From the NCBI GenBank assembly GCA_038087875.1, contig CM075990.1, positions 11,968,001 through 12,028,000 of the forward strand: a stretch of 60,000 nt of DNA, written 5' to 3'. The notes beneath the pieces are model-generated. The model had not been told where the DNA came from. It worked only from the letters and a program-made list of their open reading frames with translations, and made no database searches. The stretch is from Malacoraja senta (lineage: Eukaryota). Position 1 is the stretch's first letter, and each line of letters begins with the position of its first letter. Made by a program: the position numbers and the translations under genes. Positions 26,467 through 38,560 of the stretch are shown in pieces.

Positions 26467-27070
26467 AGGCCTGTCTCACGGGTCTGCGGTCATTGGCGGC
26501 GAAACGGGAAGAATCTGCCGCCATAGACCGCGCACTCGTGAGAACGTACAATTCCGGGGCCGTGCGGCGGTGTTCCCAACACCGCACGGTGCTAAAATAA
26601 AACCGACAATGTCGAAAACTATATACTCACCGCACAACCTCCACCAGTGATGCACGAGTGCGGCACGGCCGCCCGCACGGGCTGCCGCCAGTGTGGCTCG
26701 AGCGCCGTGCGTCAAACCTCCACTGCCACAGCCTCTGCCAGTGATGCACGTGCCTCCGCCAGTGAAGCACGTGTGCGGCACGGCCGCAGGCACAGCCACC
26801 GCTACAGCGCCGCGATCAGGATGGCCGCCGCCACAGCCGCTGCTAGTGAGTCACGTGCGGCGGGCCGACGTCATCGCAGTCGACCCGCCCTTTTTTTTAC
26901 TTACTGCAAGCACGTGGGACCCACCGTGTTTGAATTAACTCGGCCCCCGCGCAGCATCCGTGCGGCGCTCCGGTGGATAGGCTCGACGTTCTTGCCGTTG
27001 CCGCGCGGTCCCCGCTACCGGCGACGCCGCGCTTCACTGCCGATGACCGCAAACGGGTAAGACAGAGCCT
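26467..27070. mobile_element. GC-rich Harbinger-like MITE (same family as 10185-10719)
   Basis: Colinear homology to 10185-10719; TAA/TTA flanks. Confidence 0.8.
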
Positions 27071-27699
27071 TTAGGCCGATCAATTTTGAGAAATGGTTAC
27101 ATTGTTGGAGGTTGTTTCCCTCTCCCCTGACTCTCACTCAGAAGAAGGGTCTCGACCAGAAACGTCAACCACTCCTTCTATCAAGAGGTGCTGCCTGTCC
27201 CGCTGAGTTACTCCAGCATTTTGTGTCCATCTTCGGTGTAAACCAGCATCTGCAGTTCCTTCCTACACATTGTTGGGGGTCAGTGTGTTGGCTTGTGGGA
27301 GAGGGGGATTTTTTTTTACCGTATTCTCAAATATTTTGCGATCCACTTTATTTATCTACTGATCTTGGTGGGGCATTTATTGTTCATTCCTAACTTATTT
27401 CAATTAATAGTCATCTATGTTGGTTGTTTAGCGACACATTTAGCAGACCAGAAAACTACAGGCTAACTTACTTCCTTGCAGAATATTTGAGAACCATTTT
27501 TGTGTTGGCTGCCAATTCATTTGTTGCCAAGACCAATCTATTTCGGATGCTCGGGCCTCTGGGTATTAGTCAGGTGGCCTAACCACCACTTATTGACACC
27601 CACCATGTGTACACTGTTCCTATTGAAATTGGGTTACAGAGATAATGGATCAAATGATACTTTATTTAATTATAATATAATTATTATGATAATTTAGGA

Positions 27700-28072
27700 T
27701 GAGAGGGAATCTTATAAAAACATGTCAAATTCTTAAAAGATTGGACAGGCCAAATGCGGGAAAAATGTTCCCGATGTTTAGGGAGTCCAGTACCAGGGGT
27801 CACAGTTTAAGAATAAGGGCTAGGCTATTTAGGACTGAGATGAGGGGAAAAAAATATATTCCACCCAGAGAGTTGTGAATCTGTGGAATTCTCTGCCACA
27901 GAAGACAGTGAAGGCCAATTGACGATGTTTTCAAGAGAGAGTTAGATTTAGGGCAAAAGGAATCAAGGGACATGGGGAGAAAGCAGGAACGGGGTTACTG
28001 ATTTTAGATGATCAGCCATGATCATATTGAATGGTGGTGCTGGCTGGAAGGGCTGACTTGCCTACACCTGCA
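27700..28072 (+). mobile_element. CR1 LINE 3' end
   Basis: Degenerate TRGHSLRIR and QRVVNLWNSLPQ motifs plus 3' UTR. Confidence 0.8.
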
Positions 28073-28232
28073 GTGAGATTCTTTGTTTCGCATATACAGG
28101 TATGCCAAGCATCACCGTCAAAGTGACAAAGTATTCCTTTTATTCCCCAATAGTCCCTCTATGATCTCAGCGCCCCCCCCCCCCCCCCAGCGCACCATGT
28201 GTAGAGACATTCTCTTTGACCTTGCTACATGG

Positions 28233-29779
28233 TAGAAATGTTACACCATTTTGAGATTTTAAAAATCAAGTCTGCAATTTATCCCATCAGATAGAGCATA
28301 AATAGAAGTTTAATTTGACACCTAATTCACTTTCATATCTTCAGTATTAAAAACATTATGGCCATTTTCATACTCGGAAATTAGCATCTTGTTCCCTATT
28401 GCTTTTCCATTGACTTAACACAAAAGCTGTGATCGACGACAGTCAAAAGCCCATAACTTTATTAAAAATTAAGAGAACTGAATGAACTTTTCAGTTTATT
28501 ATAGATTGAAGCATTCTGAAACAAATATGAAACATCTTACTTGGATGACCTGAAATTAATGCATATAATTAGTTGTTTACCTAATTGTAGTTAATTACAA
28601 AATTGACCGTTGTGACGGAAATAGTAATAAACACCCAGACTGCCTTGAAAATTCAAAAATGTAATATTCTCAAGATCAGAACTTTAATATTATTGTATTA
28701 TATGCTGTAAGTCCGTTACAGATAGGTAAATAAATTACAATTTCCAGCAATAGACCAAGTCTTTGTGGAGAAGATCAGTTGCTAGCTGGTACATTAGCAT
28801 ATCATAATCAGTAGCATCATCATACTCCTCAGATTGTAACCAATAAGCAACTCTGTACACCTTGTTTTTCCTCAACTTTTCAATTTTGGCATTGTAAACT
28901 ACAGGTTTTTGCTCTTCAAACCACGCATGACATGCCTTTCTGCCCACTACTTTCCCATTAAGAATGTCCTGTAGATTCCATTTCTTAAGGAAAGGATTTA
29001 AAAAAAAATAGCCTAAGTATCCAAATAACAAACTAATCCCATTCACACAAGAATTCACAATATAACATGATTTTTAAATCTCACTGTCATGAATTTATAT
29101 GCCAGATGGAAGGAATTTAATGTTTAATTCCCATAAATTAATCTAGAAACATCCACTCAATATAATAAAAAAATATTTTTTTGCACAATACATGGGACTA
29201 AAACTGATATTTAGTATAAAAATATTGACTATGGATAGACAATAACACAAAATATAGACGATTTAGATGCTCTTATGATATGATTGTCCAAAAAAAAGAG
29301 CATTTAAATCATCTTGCGAGTGGGGTTTTCTGGAACGCGATCGATTGGAACGTTGCATTTGCGGTGAATTTGAACCCCATATATGCAGGAAAAACACTGC
29401 CGGTTCGTATGGGGCCCAAATCACATTTTCGCAATGTAAAATTAGATTAAAGCCATCCCAAGAAACAAGATTATATGTAAAATACACGACTTACCCTTTG
29501 TTTCGCCCCGTTCTTGCGATCCGTCACGTTGTGGGCGTTAGAACTCGCTTTTTATTTAAATCTAATTATTAAATGTCCGGCGATTTGAAAAAAAAATCGG
29601 GAACGGAAGACGGATCGATTTTTCTTCAGCAGCTAGCAGCCCGAGGAAATCCGCCTCCGTCAGGCAGTAGAAAACGGCATTTTAATCCAGCCCCCCCCCC
29701 CCTCAAAGGGACCAAAGTCGCTCACACGGCCAGTGGCAGAACTGCAGCGCCGCTGAAGGTAAGTATTGTAACATCGCTA
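28233..29779 (-). mobile_element. Non-autonomous DNA transposon with TAG...CTA termini and a 7-bp TSD (hATw-like)
   Basis: TIR TAGAAATGTTACA / TGTAACATCGCTA; TSD TACATGG at 28226-28232 and 29780-29786; homologue at 53061-54101. Confidence 0.8.
28735..28983 (-). pseudogene. Retained terminal coding exon inside the 7-bp-TSD element (probable transposase C-terminus)
   Basis: Protein-like KWNLQDILNGKVVGRKACHAWFEEQKPVVYNAKIEKLRKNKVYRVAYWLQSEEYDDATDYDM..LATDLLHKDL, preceded by a pyrimidine tract and AG; absent from the second copy. Confidence 0.55.
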
Positions 29780-29912
29780 TACATGGCACTTCGGTTGGTG
29801 AGAACGATTTCAGGCGTGGTTAATTGTGTGATCTCATGCCTGAAAATAAAGCATTGAAGATCAATGTTCATAGAGGGATAAATATGTCGACTGCAACTTA
29901 AATATTACTGAA

Positions 29913-30050
29913 GAATTAGCCTGATGAAGAGTCCCGACTCGAAACGTCACCTACCCATGTTCTCCAGAGATGCTGCCTGACCTGCTGAGTTACTCCTGTA
30001 CTTTTTGTCTTTTTGTGTAAACCAGCATCTGCAGTTCCTTATTTCTTCCA
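29913..30050 (+). mobile_element. Penelope-derived insertion with hammerhead variant CTGATGA-A-GAGT-CCCG-ACTC-GAAAC-GTC
   Basis: Core at 29921-29948; flanked by the direct repeat AAATATTACTG. Confidence 0.75.
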
Positions 30051-31844
30051 AATATTACTGCTTGGCCCCATCTGAAGATGTTGAACTAATTAGGTGCTTT
30101 AACAGAAATAAAACAGTGGAATATTTTTGTTTGTTTTTGGCAATCTGACAGATATTTATCTGATGCCTATTTCTCTCTCTTTCTAGCACACTCTTTCCTT
30201 TCTCTTGCCCTATTCCTCTGTCTCGCTGACTTATCTGCTCCTCTGCCCCTCTTTGTTTTAGTTCTTCCCCATCTCTCCACTCTTAACACTCTCCAGTTAG
30301 GAGTAATTGATGAGGGGGACCGGCAGGACTGATCTGAACGATCCTCTTGGATGAGGCTCCATGGCAGATAGTGACACTTGAATTGTAAAATTGTCGGAAG
30401 CCGCTAACTCAGAGGATCGGAAAGAGAGCATCAAAGGCGATCGAGAATCCATTGTCGTCCCTGGAGATGCGGATGGCTGTGTCCTAGCAGCGTTGAATAC
30501 TGAGCTTAAAGTTTTTGCTGTTAGTTTTGAATGTGGCAGTGCCAAGTAAAACAGACAAAATGCCTCGGGATGGGTTTTGTATCTCCCTGACGTGCTTCTT
30601 CCACACGGAGCATTGACAAAGGAGAACATGATCGCACTGTAGCAAGCTGTTGCTACTGTAATAATTGCTCTGCTTTCAGTCAGAAATAAAATTGAATAAA
30701 ATTATGCTTCCACAGGAGGTGGCTGGCTCAAGGCTTTGTGTGTGGGGGGGGGGGAGAAATAATAGTTCTCAAATTATTTTTTCTTCTTGCTTCCTGCGTT
30801 CTTCGAACCAGGTCAGGAGAGAGGACAGACATCTTTCTAACCGATATCTTTACACAGAGGGCGGTGAGAATGTGGAGCTTGCTACACAAGTGAGTGGTTG
30901 TCGTGAAAAGCAGAGACTGGGTTAAGAAGATATAATCAAAAGGGAACTGCAGAACTGCTAGTTTATACCCAAAGTGCTGGCGTAACTCCGCGGGACAGGC
31001 AGCATCTCTGCAGAACATGGATGGGTGGCGTTTTGGGTTGTGACCTTTCTTCAGATTTCTTCACCTATTCATTTTCTCCAGACATGGTAACTGACCCGCT
31101 GAGCTACTCCAGCACCTTGTCTTTCTGCCTGAGTTGGGAAAACACTTGTTAGATGCAAGGGAGAAAACTTGGGGGACGAGGCATTAGATAGGGTTCATGA
31201 CCAAAACAAATGTGCATCTCAACCAGGACTAGTATTTTCTTCACCTGGGACATCAACTGACTTTATCCCGCCTTATCTTTCAAAGCTCTCATCCAAGCCT
31301 TATTTACTGGTGAATGAAAGACAGAGTGCTGGCGTAACTCATTGGGTCAGGCAGCATCTTTGGAAAACATGGATAGGCCACATATTGGGTCGGGACCGAT
31401 CTTCATTCTTCCAGCAGCCTTCCTTGATCAATTCTTGATAAATTGGAAATTTTGCAGGAATCTATTGTCCAAGCCCCCAAGTATTGTCACCTCAATATTA
31501 TTTACTGTAATATCTATCAGGCCAAGCACAGATTCCCGTGTGATCTCCCCGAACCTCTCCAATGCTGCTCTTCCAGCTATGAGGAATTCTGATAGACCAG
31601 CCAAGGATAAATCACCCCAATTTCTTGCCCTCCTTTTGTTATTGGTTCATAAATCAGTCTGGATGGGCAAACTTGCCTTCAGTTTTCTAATGCCTTATTA
31701 GGATTTTGCGCAGATCCCAAGCTTGTCCCGTACACAAAGGAAGATAGTCACAAATTGCTGGAGTAACTCGGAGGGTCGGGCAGCATCTCTGGAGAAAAGG
31801 AATACATTGTGTTTCGGGTTGAGATTTTTCTTCAGATACAAAAT

Positions 31845-32150
31845 GTGGCGCGGTGGCGCAACAGTAGAGTTGCTGCCTTAGAGCGCCAGAGACCCGAGAT
31901 CGAATCGGACTACGGGTGCTGCCTGTTTGTGCCTTCTCCCTGTGACCTGTGTCGGTTTTCACCGGGAGCGCCGGTTTTCTGCCCACACCCCAAAGACGTA
32001 CCGGTTTGTAGGCTAATTGTCTTGGTAAAATTGTAAATTGTCCCTAGTGTGTGTTGGGTAGTGTTGGTGTACGGGGATTGCTGGTCGGAGCGGACTCGGT
32101 GGGCCGACAGGCCTGATTCCACGCTGTATCTAAACTAATCTAACCTAAAT
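31845..32150 (+). mobile_element. HE1-type V-SINE
   Basis: Head, V-domain and tail. Confidence 0.8.
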
Positions 32151-33244
32151 TAAAATGACCATATTAAGCATTGGTGTGAATGTGGCAGCTATATCACCAT
32201 TTAGTGGGGTGGTAGACTGTAGTAACTAAGCTGGTGGATCTCAGCAGGAATCCAATCTATCCTTAAATATTCATCAGCATACGGTCCAAGATTCAATTAG
32301 ATTCTGTTCATTCAGGGCCTGGTTTGAGAATGTTTCACGGTTTATATATGAACGCGGTGCCTTAGTATGATGTTCTGCTGATGCACAATTATGTGGTACC
32401 TTATCTTTTGAAACATCTTGTGCATTATAAGTCCATAAGTCATAGGAGCACAATCAGGCCATTTGGCCCATCGAGTCTACTCTGCCATTTAATGGTGGCT
32501 GATCTTTCCCTCTCAACCCCATTCTCCTACCTTCTCCCCATAACCTTTGACACCTGTACTAATCCAAGAATCTGTCACTGTCCACTTGATGCACATTGAA
32601 TTCTGAAATGTGTATATATATATATAAAAAGATTTGACACATTAACCCTGCCAGGAACAATGTTGTTGATGCCCGGTTATTGGTAGCTCAGAGAAGAGTG
32701 TAGATAAAGCATTAGTGACATAATTCATTTATAAACAGCAGCGGGACCTTGAACAGGGCAGCAGGAATTACTGGATAAAAAAGACCAGTGTAAGGCTCGA
32801 GCGACTTCTACTAACTTGACATTTGGTCAATACAGTAATGGATTTGTTGACTAATAGCAATCAATCTCTCTCAATTTAACCTCCATTTAATATCTCATCT
32901 AAAAGGCAATACCTCCAGCAAAGAATGCAAACCCTGTCAATACCAATACCAGAGAGCAGCGCTGCTGGTGTTAATGTTTCGTGAACATTATTTAATTTTC
33001 CTTTCAATATGCTGCTTCCTTTACATTTCCCGCAGGCTTGCCAATGCAAGGCCTCACTGCTTCACGGGCTTCGGTGACGGGAGGATCCAACGACGTTCTA
33101 CTCTGCTCATTTAATAGCAACGTTTTGGCTTTGATGATGAATTTGCCACAGTTGCCAGCACGCTCCACCTCCAATAACCCGGCCCCTCGGGACTTTACTG
33201 CCAGGCTCGCAGAGTTTCTGAGCTATTGGATGTTGCTCAATCTC

Positions 33245-33525
33245 ATAAGGTCATAAGTGATAGGAGTAGAATTAGGCCATTCAGCCCATCAAGTCTACTC
33301 TGGCATTCAATATTGGCTGATCTATCTCTCCCCCTATAACCCCATTCTCCTGCCTTCTCCCCATAACACCCATACTAATCAATAATTTATCTACCTCTGC
33401 CATACCATGGCCTTCTGTGACAAAGAATTCCACAGATTCACCACCCTCTGACTAAAGACATTTCTCCTCATTTCCTTCCTAAAAGAATGCCCTTTAATTC
33501 TTAGGGTTTGACCTCTAGTCCTAGA
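33245..33525 (-). mobile_element. CR1 LINE 3' end
   Basis: Reverse complement of the CR1 terminal region. Confidence 0.75.
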
Positions 33526-34056
33526 GGTTTCAGTTTAGTTTATTGTCACGTGTACCGAGGTAGAGTGAAAAGCTTTTTGTTGCGTGCTATCCAGTCAGCA
33601 GAAAGGCAATACATGATTGCAAACGAACCATTTACAGTGTATAGATTCATGATGAGGGAATAATGTTTAGTGCAAGGTAAAGCCAGCAAAGTCCGAGGGT
33701 CATTAAAGAGGAAGATAGTAGTTCAGCACTGCTCTCTGGTTGTGGTAGGATGATTCCGTTGCTGATAACAGCTGGGAAGAATCTGGTAGTGTGTGTTTTC
33801 ACGCCTATACTTCTTGCTTAATGGGAGAGGGGAGATGAGGGACTCCTATAATCCTATTAATATCACTGCACACTTTGTATTGTGTAACTTGTAAAGTACA
33901 GTGGCATACTAATGTTTAAGAAAGAACTGCAGATGCTGGAAAAATCGAAGGTAGACAAAAAAGCTGGAGAAACTCAGCGGGTGAGGCAGCATCTATGGAG
34001 CGAAGGAATAGGCGACGTTTCAGGTCGAGACCCTTCTTCAGACGTGTAGTAAGCAA

Positions 34057-34525
34057 GGTGCTTTTAGAGGGATCCCATGGAAACAGGACCTGGTGAGTTT
34101 AGACGGAATTCCACGGCAAAGGGAATTCCACGGGTTGCAGGGTGATCCCATGGACATGGGATCCAGTGCTTTTGGAGGGATCCCGTGCTTTTAGAGGGAT
34201 CCCGTGGAAACAGGACCTGCTGAGTTTGGAGAGAGCCCACTGAAATGGGACCTGGTGCTTTTAGAGGAATCCCATAGAGATGGGATGTGGTCAACTTAGG
34301 GGATCCTATGGAAATGGGAACTGATGTTTTCAGAGGGGTCTTGTGGAAACGACCTGGTGCTTTTAGAATGATCCCATGGAAATGGGACCTGTTGAGTTTC
34401 GAGTGTATTCCATGGGAATGGGGTCTAATGCCTTTCGATGGATCCCAGGGCAACGGGTGCTGGTGAGTTTGGAGTAATGATGCTTTTAGCGGGATCGCAA
34501 GGAAGCTGGTCCTGGTGAGTTTCAG
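34057..34525. repeat. Degenerate minisatellite, ~29-30-bp unit
   Basis: Recurring TTTAGAGGGATCCCATGGAAA(C/T)(A/G)GGACCTGGTG. Confidence 0.85.
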
Positions 34526-35029
34526 CGCCAGTCTGGCAACTTGTCAGATCAAACTGAACCCTTGGTCCGGTTCCTGACCCCAATCCTGGCTGCACACTGG
34601 CACCTGACTGAGATTTCCCATCAATTGGATAGTGGATCACAGGTCCATTGTCTGACCTTTGGACTGCCCGTGCATACGAGTGTAGGTTTGGGAGTTTGGT
34701 GGGAAAGATTTGCGGGCATCTTCTCTCATGAGGGAACACCGTTTGTGGCAATATTGATGCATCTTGCAGCAGAATCCAAATGATTCCGTTAAACGCCCTT
34801 GCTCACCCGTGTTATTAAATATATTCTAAAGAAGGGTCTCGACCTGAAATGCCACCCATTCCTTCTCTCCAGTGATGCTGCCTGTCCCGCTGGGTTACTC
34901 CAGCATTTGTGTGTCTATCTTTGGTATAAACCAGCATCTGCAGTTTCTTCCTATACATTATTAAATATTGCATGGCAGCTGCTTTTCCCACCTGCGAACA
35001 GTCGGCGTTACATCCAGATCGGAGTAGCT

Positions 35030-35430
35030 TAACCTATGATGAGTGTTTGTCGGCACTGGGCCTGTACTCACTGGAGTTTAGAAGAACGTGGGGGGGATCT
35101 CGTTGAAATGTACAGAATAGTGAAAGGCTTGGATGGGGTGGATGTGGAGAGCAGTGGGAGAGTCTAGGCCTAGTCATAGCCTCAGAATTAAAGGACGTTC
35201 TTTTAGGAAGGAGATGAGGAGAAATGTATTTAGTCAGAGATCGGTGAATCTGTGGAATTCATTGCCACAGAAGGCAGTGGATATTTTTAAGGTTGAGATG
35301 GATAAATTCTTGATTAGTACAGAGGGTTATGGGGAGAAGGCAGGAGGGAGAAATAGATCAGCCATGATTGTATGGCGGTAGACTTGACAGGCCGAATGGC
35401 TTAATTCTACTCCTATCACTTATGACCTTC
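35030..35430 (+). mobile_element. CR1 LINE 3' end (degenerate)
   Basis: LGLYSLEFRR and FSQRSVNLWNSLPQ motifs plus 3' UTR. Confidence 0.8.
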
Positions 35431-35799
35431 TCGGGACCAGAACCTGTCTTAATCCGGCGAGGACCTGGGTTGGAGTTTTGCTTTATTATGCTCAGAGAAT
35501 CGGCAACACAAAACACACCGAGCTGCTATCCTGACCTGCATTTTGATTCCTTCCAATATTGTGAATAGGATTATGTATTAAGCACCTTGTTATAGTTTGT
35601 AAAGAATGCTTGCATTTCCAATGCACTGTTCACAAAGTCCGAGCAATCCAACTGCTTTGTGACCAATTATGTGCCTTCTCAAGTGAACTGATTTAGTGTA
35701 CAACAGAGTAACTACGCACATTGTGAGCTCTCTCTCGTAGTGATGTCATAGTTACCCGCTGCAGTGTTGAGGAATAAATAATTTGCTGAACATGGGAGG

Positions 35800-35910
35800 A
35801 GTGGCACATTGGTACAGCGATAGAGTTGTTGCATTACAGCACCTACACCCGGGTTCGATCCTGACTACGGGTGCTGTCTGTATGGAGTTTGTACGTTCTC
35901 CCTTTGACCA
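35800..35910 (+). mobile_element. 5' half of an HE1-type V-SINE (3' half at 38401-38560)
   Basis: CCCGGGTTCGATCCTGACTACGGGTGCTGTCTG head stops just before the Tc1. Confidence 0.7.
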
Positions 35911-35930
35911 TTTAAAAAAATATATAGATA

Positions 35931-37535
35931 CAGTGGCTTGCAAAAGTTTTCATACCCCTTGAACTTTTCCACATTTTGCCGCGTTACAACCACAAACGTA
36001 AATGTATTTTATTGGGATTTTATGTGATAGACCAACACAAAGTGGTGTATAATTGTGAAGTGGAAGGAAAATGATACATGGTTTTCAAATTTTTTTAACA
36101 AATAAAAACTGAAAAGTGTTGTGTGCAAACGTATTCAGCCCCCTGAGTCAATACTTTGTAGAACCACCTTTCGCTGCAATTACAGCTGCAAGTCTTTAGC
36201 TGGGGTATGTCTCTACCAGCTTTGCACATCTAGAGACTGAAATTTTTGCCCATTCTTTGCAAAATAGCTCAAGCTCAGTCAGATTGGATGGAGAGTGTCT
36301 GTGAACAGCAATTTTCAAGTCTTGCCAGAGATTCTCAATTGGATTTAGGTCTGGACGTTGACTGGGCCATTCTAACACATGAATATGCTTTGATCTAAAC
36401 CATTCCATATAGCTCTGGCTGTATGTTTAGGGTCGTTGTCCTGCTGGAAGGTGAACCTCCGCCCCAGTCTCAAGTCTTTTGCAGACTCTAACGGGTTTTC
36501 TTCCAAGATTGCCCTGTATTTGGCTCCATCCATCTTCCCATCAACTCTGACCAGCTTCCCTGTCCCTGCTGAAGAAAAGCATCCCCACAGCATGATGCTG
36601 CCACCACCATGTTTCACAGTGGGGATGGTGTGTTCAGGGTGATGTGCAGTGTTAGGTTTCCATCACACATAGCGTTTTGCATTTAGGCCAAAAACTTCAA
36701 TTTTGGTCTCATCTGACCAGAGCACCTTCCTCCACATGTTTGCTGTGTCACCCACATGGCTTGTGGCAAACTGCAAACGGGACTTCTTATGACTTTTTTT
36801 CAACAATGGCTTTCTTCTTGCCACTCTTTCATAAAGGCCCGATTTGTGGAGTGCACGACTAATAGTTGTCCTGTGGACAGATTCTCCCACCTGAGCTGTG
36901 GATCTCTGCAGCTCCTCCAGAGTTACCATAGGCCTCTTGGCTGCTTCTCTGATCAATGCTCTCCTTGCCCGGCCTGTCAGTTTAGGTGGACGGCCATGTC
37001 TTGGTAGGTTTGCAGTTGTGCCATACTCTTTCCATTTTCAGATGATGGATTGAACAGTGCTCCGTGAGATGTGCAAATTTGTTTATAACCTAACCCTGCT
37101 TTAAACTTCTCCACAACTTTATCCCTGACCTGTCTGGTGTGTTCCTTGGGCTTCATGATGCTGTTTGTTCACTAATGTTCTCTAACAAACCTCTGAGGCC
37201 TTCACAGAACAGCTGTATTTATACTGAGATTAGATTACACACAAGTGGACTCTATTTACTAATTGGGTGACTTCTGAAGGTAATTGGTTGCACTGGATTT
37301 TATTTAGGGGTATCAGAGTAAAGGGGACTGAATACTTTTGCACGCGACACTTTTCAGTTTTTTATTTGTAAAAAAATCTGAAAACCATGTATCATTTTCC
37401 TTCCACTTCACAATTATGCGCCACTTTGTGTTGGACTATCACATAAAATCCCAATAAAAAACATTTACGTTTGTGGTTGTAACATGACAAAATGTGGAAA
37501 AGTTCAAGGGGTATGAATACTTTTGCAAGCCACTG
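35931..37535 (-). mobile_element. Full-length Tc1 transposon (IR-DR type, ~210-bp TIRs, TA TSD)
   Basis: TA-CAGTGGCTTGCAAAAG...CTTTTGCAAGCCACTG-TA; inner direct repeats near 36125-36142 and 37324-37345. Confidence 0.95.
36148..37156 (-). pseudogene. Tc1 DD34E-type transposase, disrupted by frameshifts and stops
   Basis: MKPKEHTRQVRDKVV start; ARRKPLL, WSDETK, QQDNDPKH and PDLNPIENLW motifs are split across ORFs. Confidence 0.93.
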
Positions 37536-38400
37536 TATGCATGCGCGCGCGCTCTCACGCACACGCGCACGCACACGCGCACACCACCCCCCCACACACG
37601 CACACCACCCCCCACACACGCACACCACCCCCCACACACGCACACCACCCCCCCACACACGCACACCACCCCCCCACACACGCACACCACCCCCCCACAC
37701 ACGCACACCACCCCCCCACACACGCACACCACCCCCCCACACACGCACACCACCCCCCCACACACGCACACCACCCCCCCACACACGCACACCACCCCCC
37801 CACACACGCACACCACCCCCCCACACACGCACACCACCCCCCCACACACGCACACCACCCCCCCACACACGCACACCACCCCCCCACACACGCACACCAC
37901 CCCCCCCACACACGCACACCACCCCCCCCCACACACGCACACCACCCCCCCCCACACACGCACACCACCCCCCCCCACACACGCACACCACCCCCCCCCA
38001 CACACGCACACCACCCCCCCCCCACACACGCACACCACCCCCCCCACACACGCACACCACCCCCCCCACACACGCACACCACCCCCCCCACACACGCACA
38101 CCACCCCCCCCACACACGCACACCACCCCCCCACACACGCACACCACCCCCCCCACACGCACACCACCCCCCCCACACACGCACACCACCCCCCCACACA
38201 CGCACACCACCCCCCCCACACACGCACACCACCCCCCCCACACACGCACACCACCCCCCCCACACACGCACCCCACCCCCCCCCACACACGCACACCCCC
38301 CCCACCCACCCCCCACACACCCACACCACGCACACCCCACCCCCCACACACGCACACGCACACCCCACCCACCCACCCCCACACACGCACACACACACAC
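37536..38400. repeat. C-rich minisatellite, ~21-bp unit CACACACGCACACCACCCCCC
   Basis: Tandem array with variable C-run length. Confidence 0.97.
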
Positions 38401-38560
38401 CCTCTCCCACATTCTTCCAAAAACATCAGTTTTGTAGGTTAATTGGCTTCTGTAAATTGCCCCTATTGTGTAGGATAAAACTAGTGTATGGATGACCGTA
38501 GGTCGGCGTAGATTTGGTGTGCGGAAGGGCTTGTTTTTGCACTGTATCTCTAAACGAAAC
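38401..38560 (+). mobile_element. 3' half of the split V-SINE
   Basis: CTCCCACA..CCAAAAAC..TTTGTAGGTTAATTGGC..CTGTATCTCTAAAC. Confidence 0.7.

Noticed and set aside
37392..38495. ORFs of 285-344 aa in all six frames
   Set aside because: They are translations of a stop-free minisatellite.
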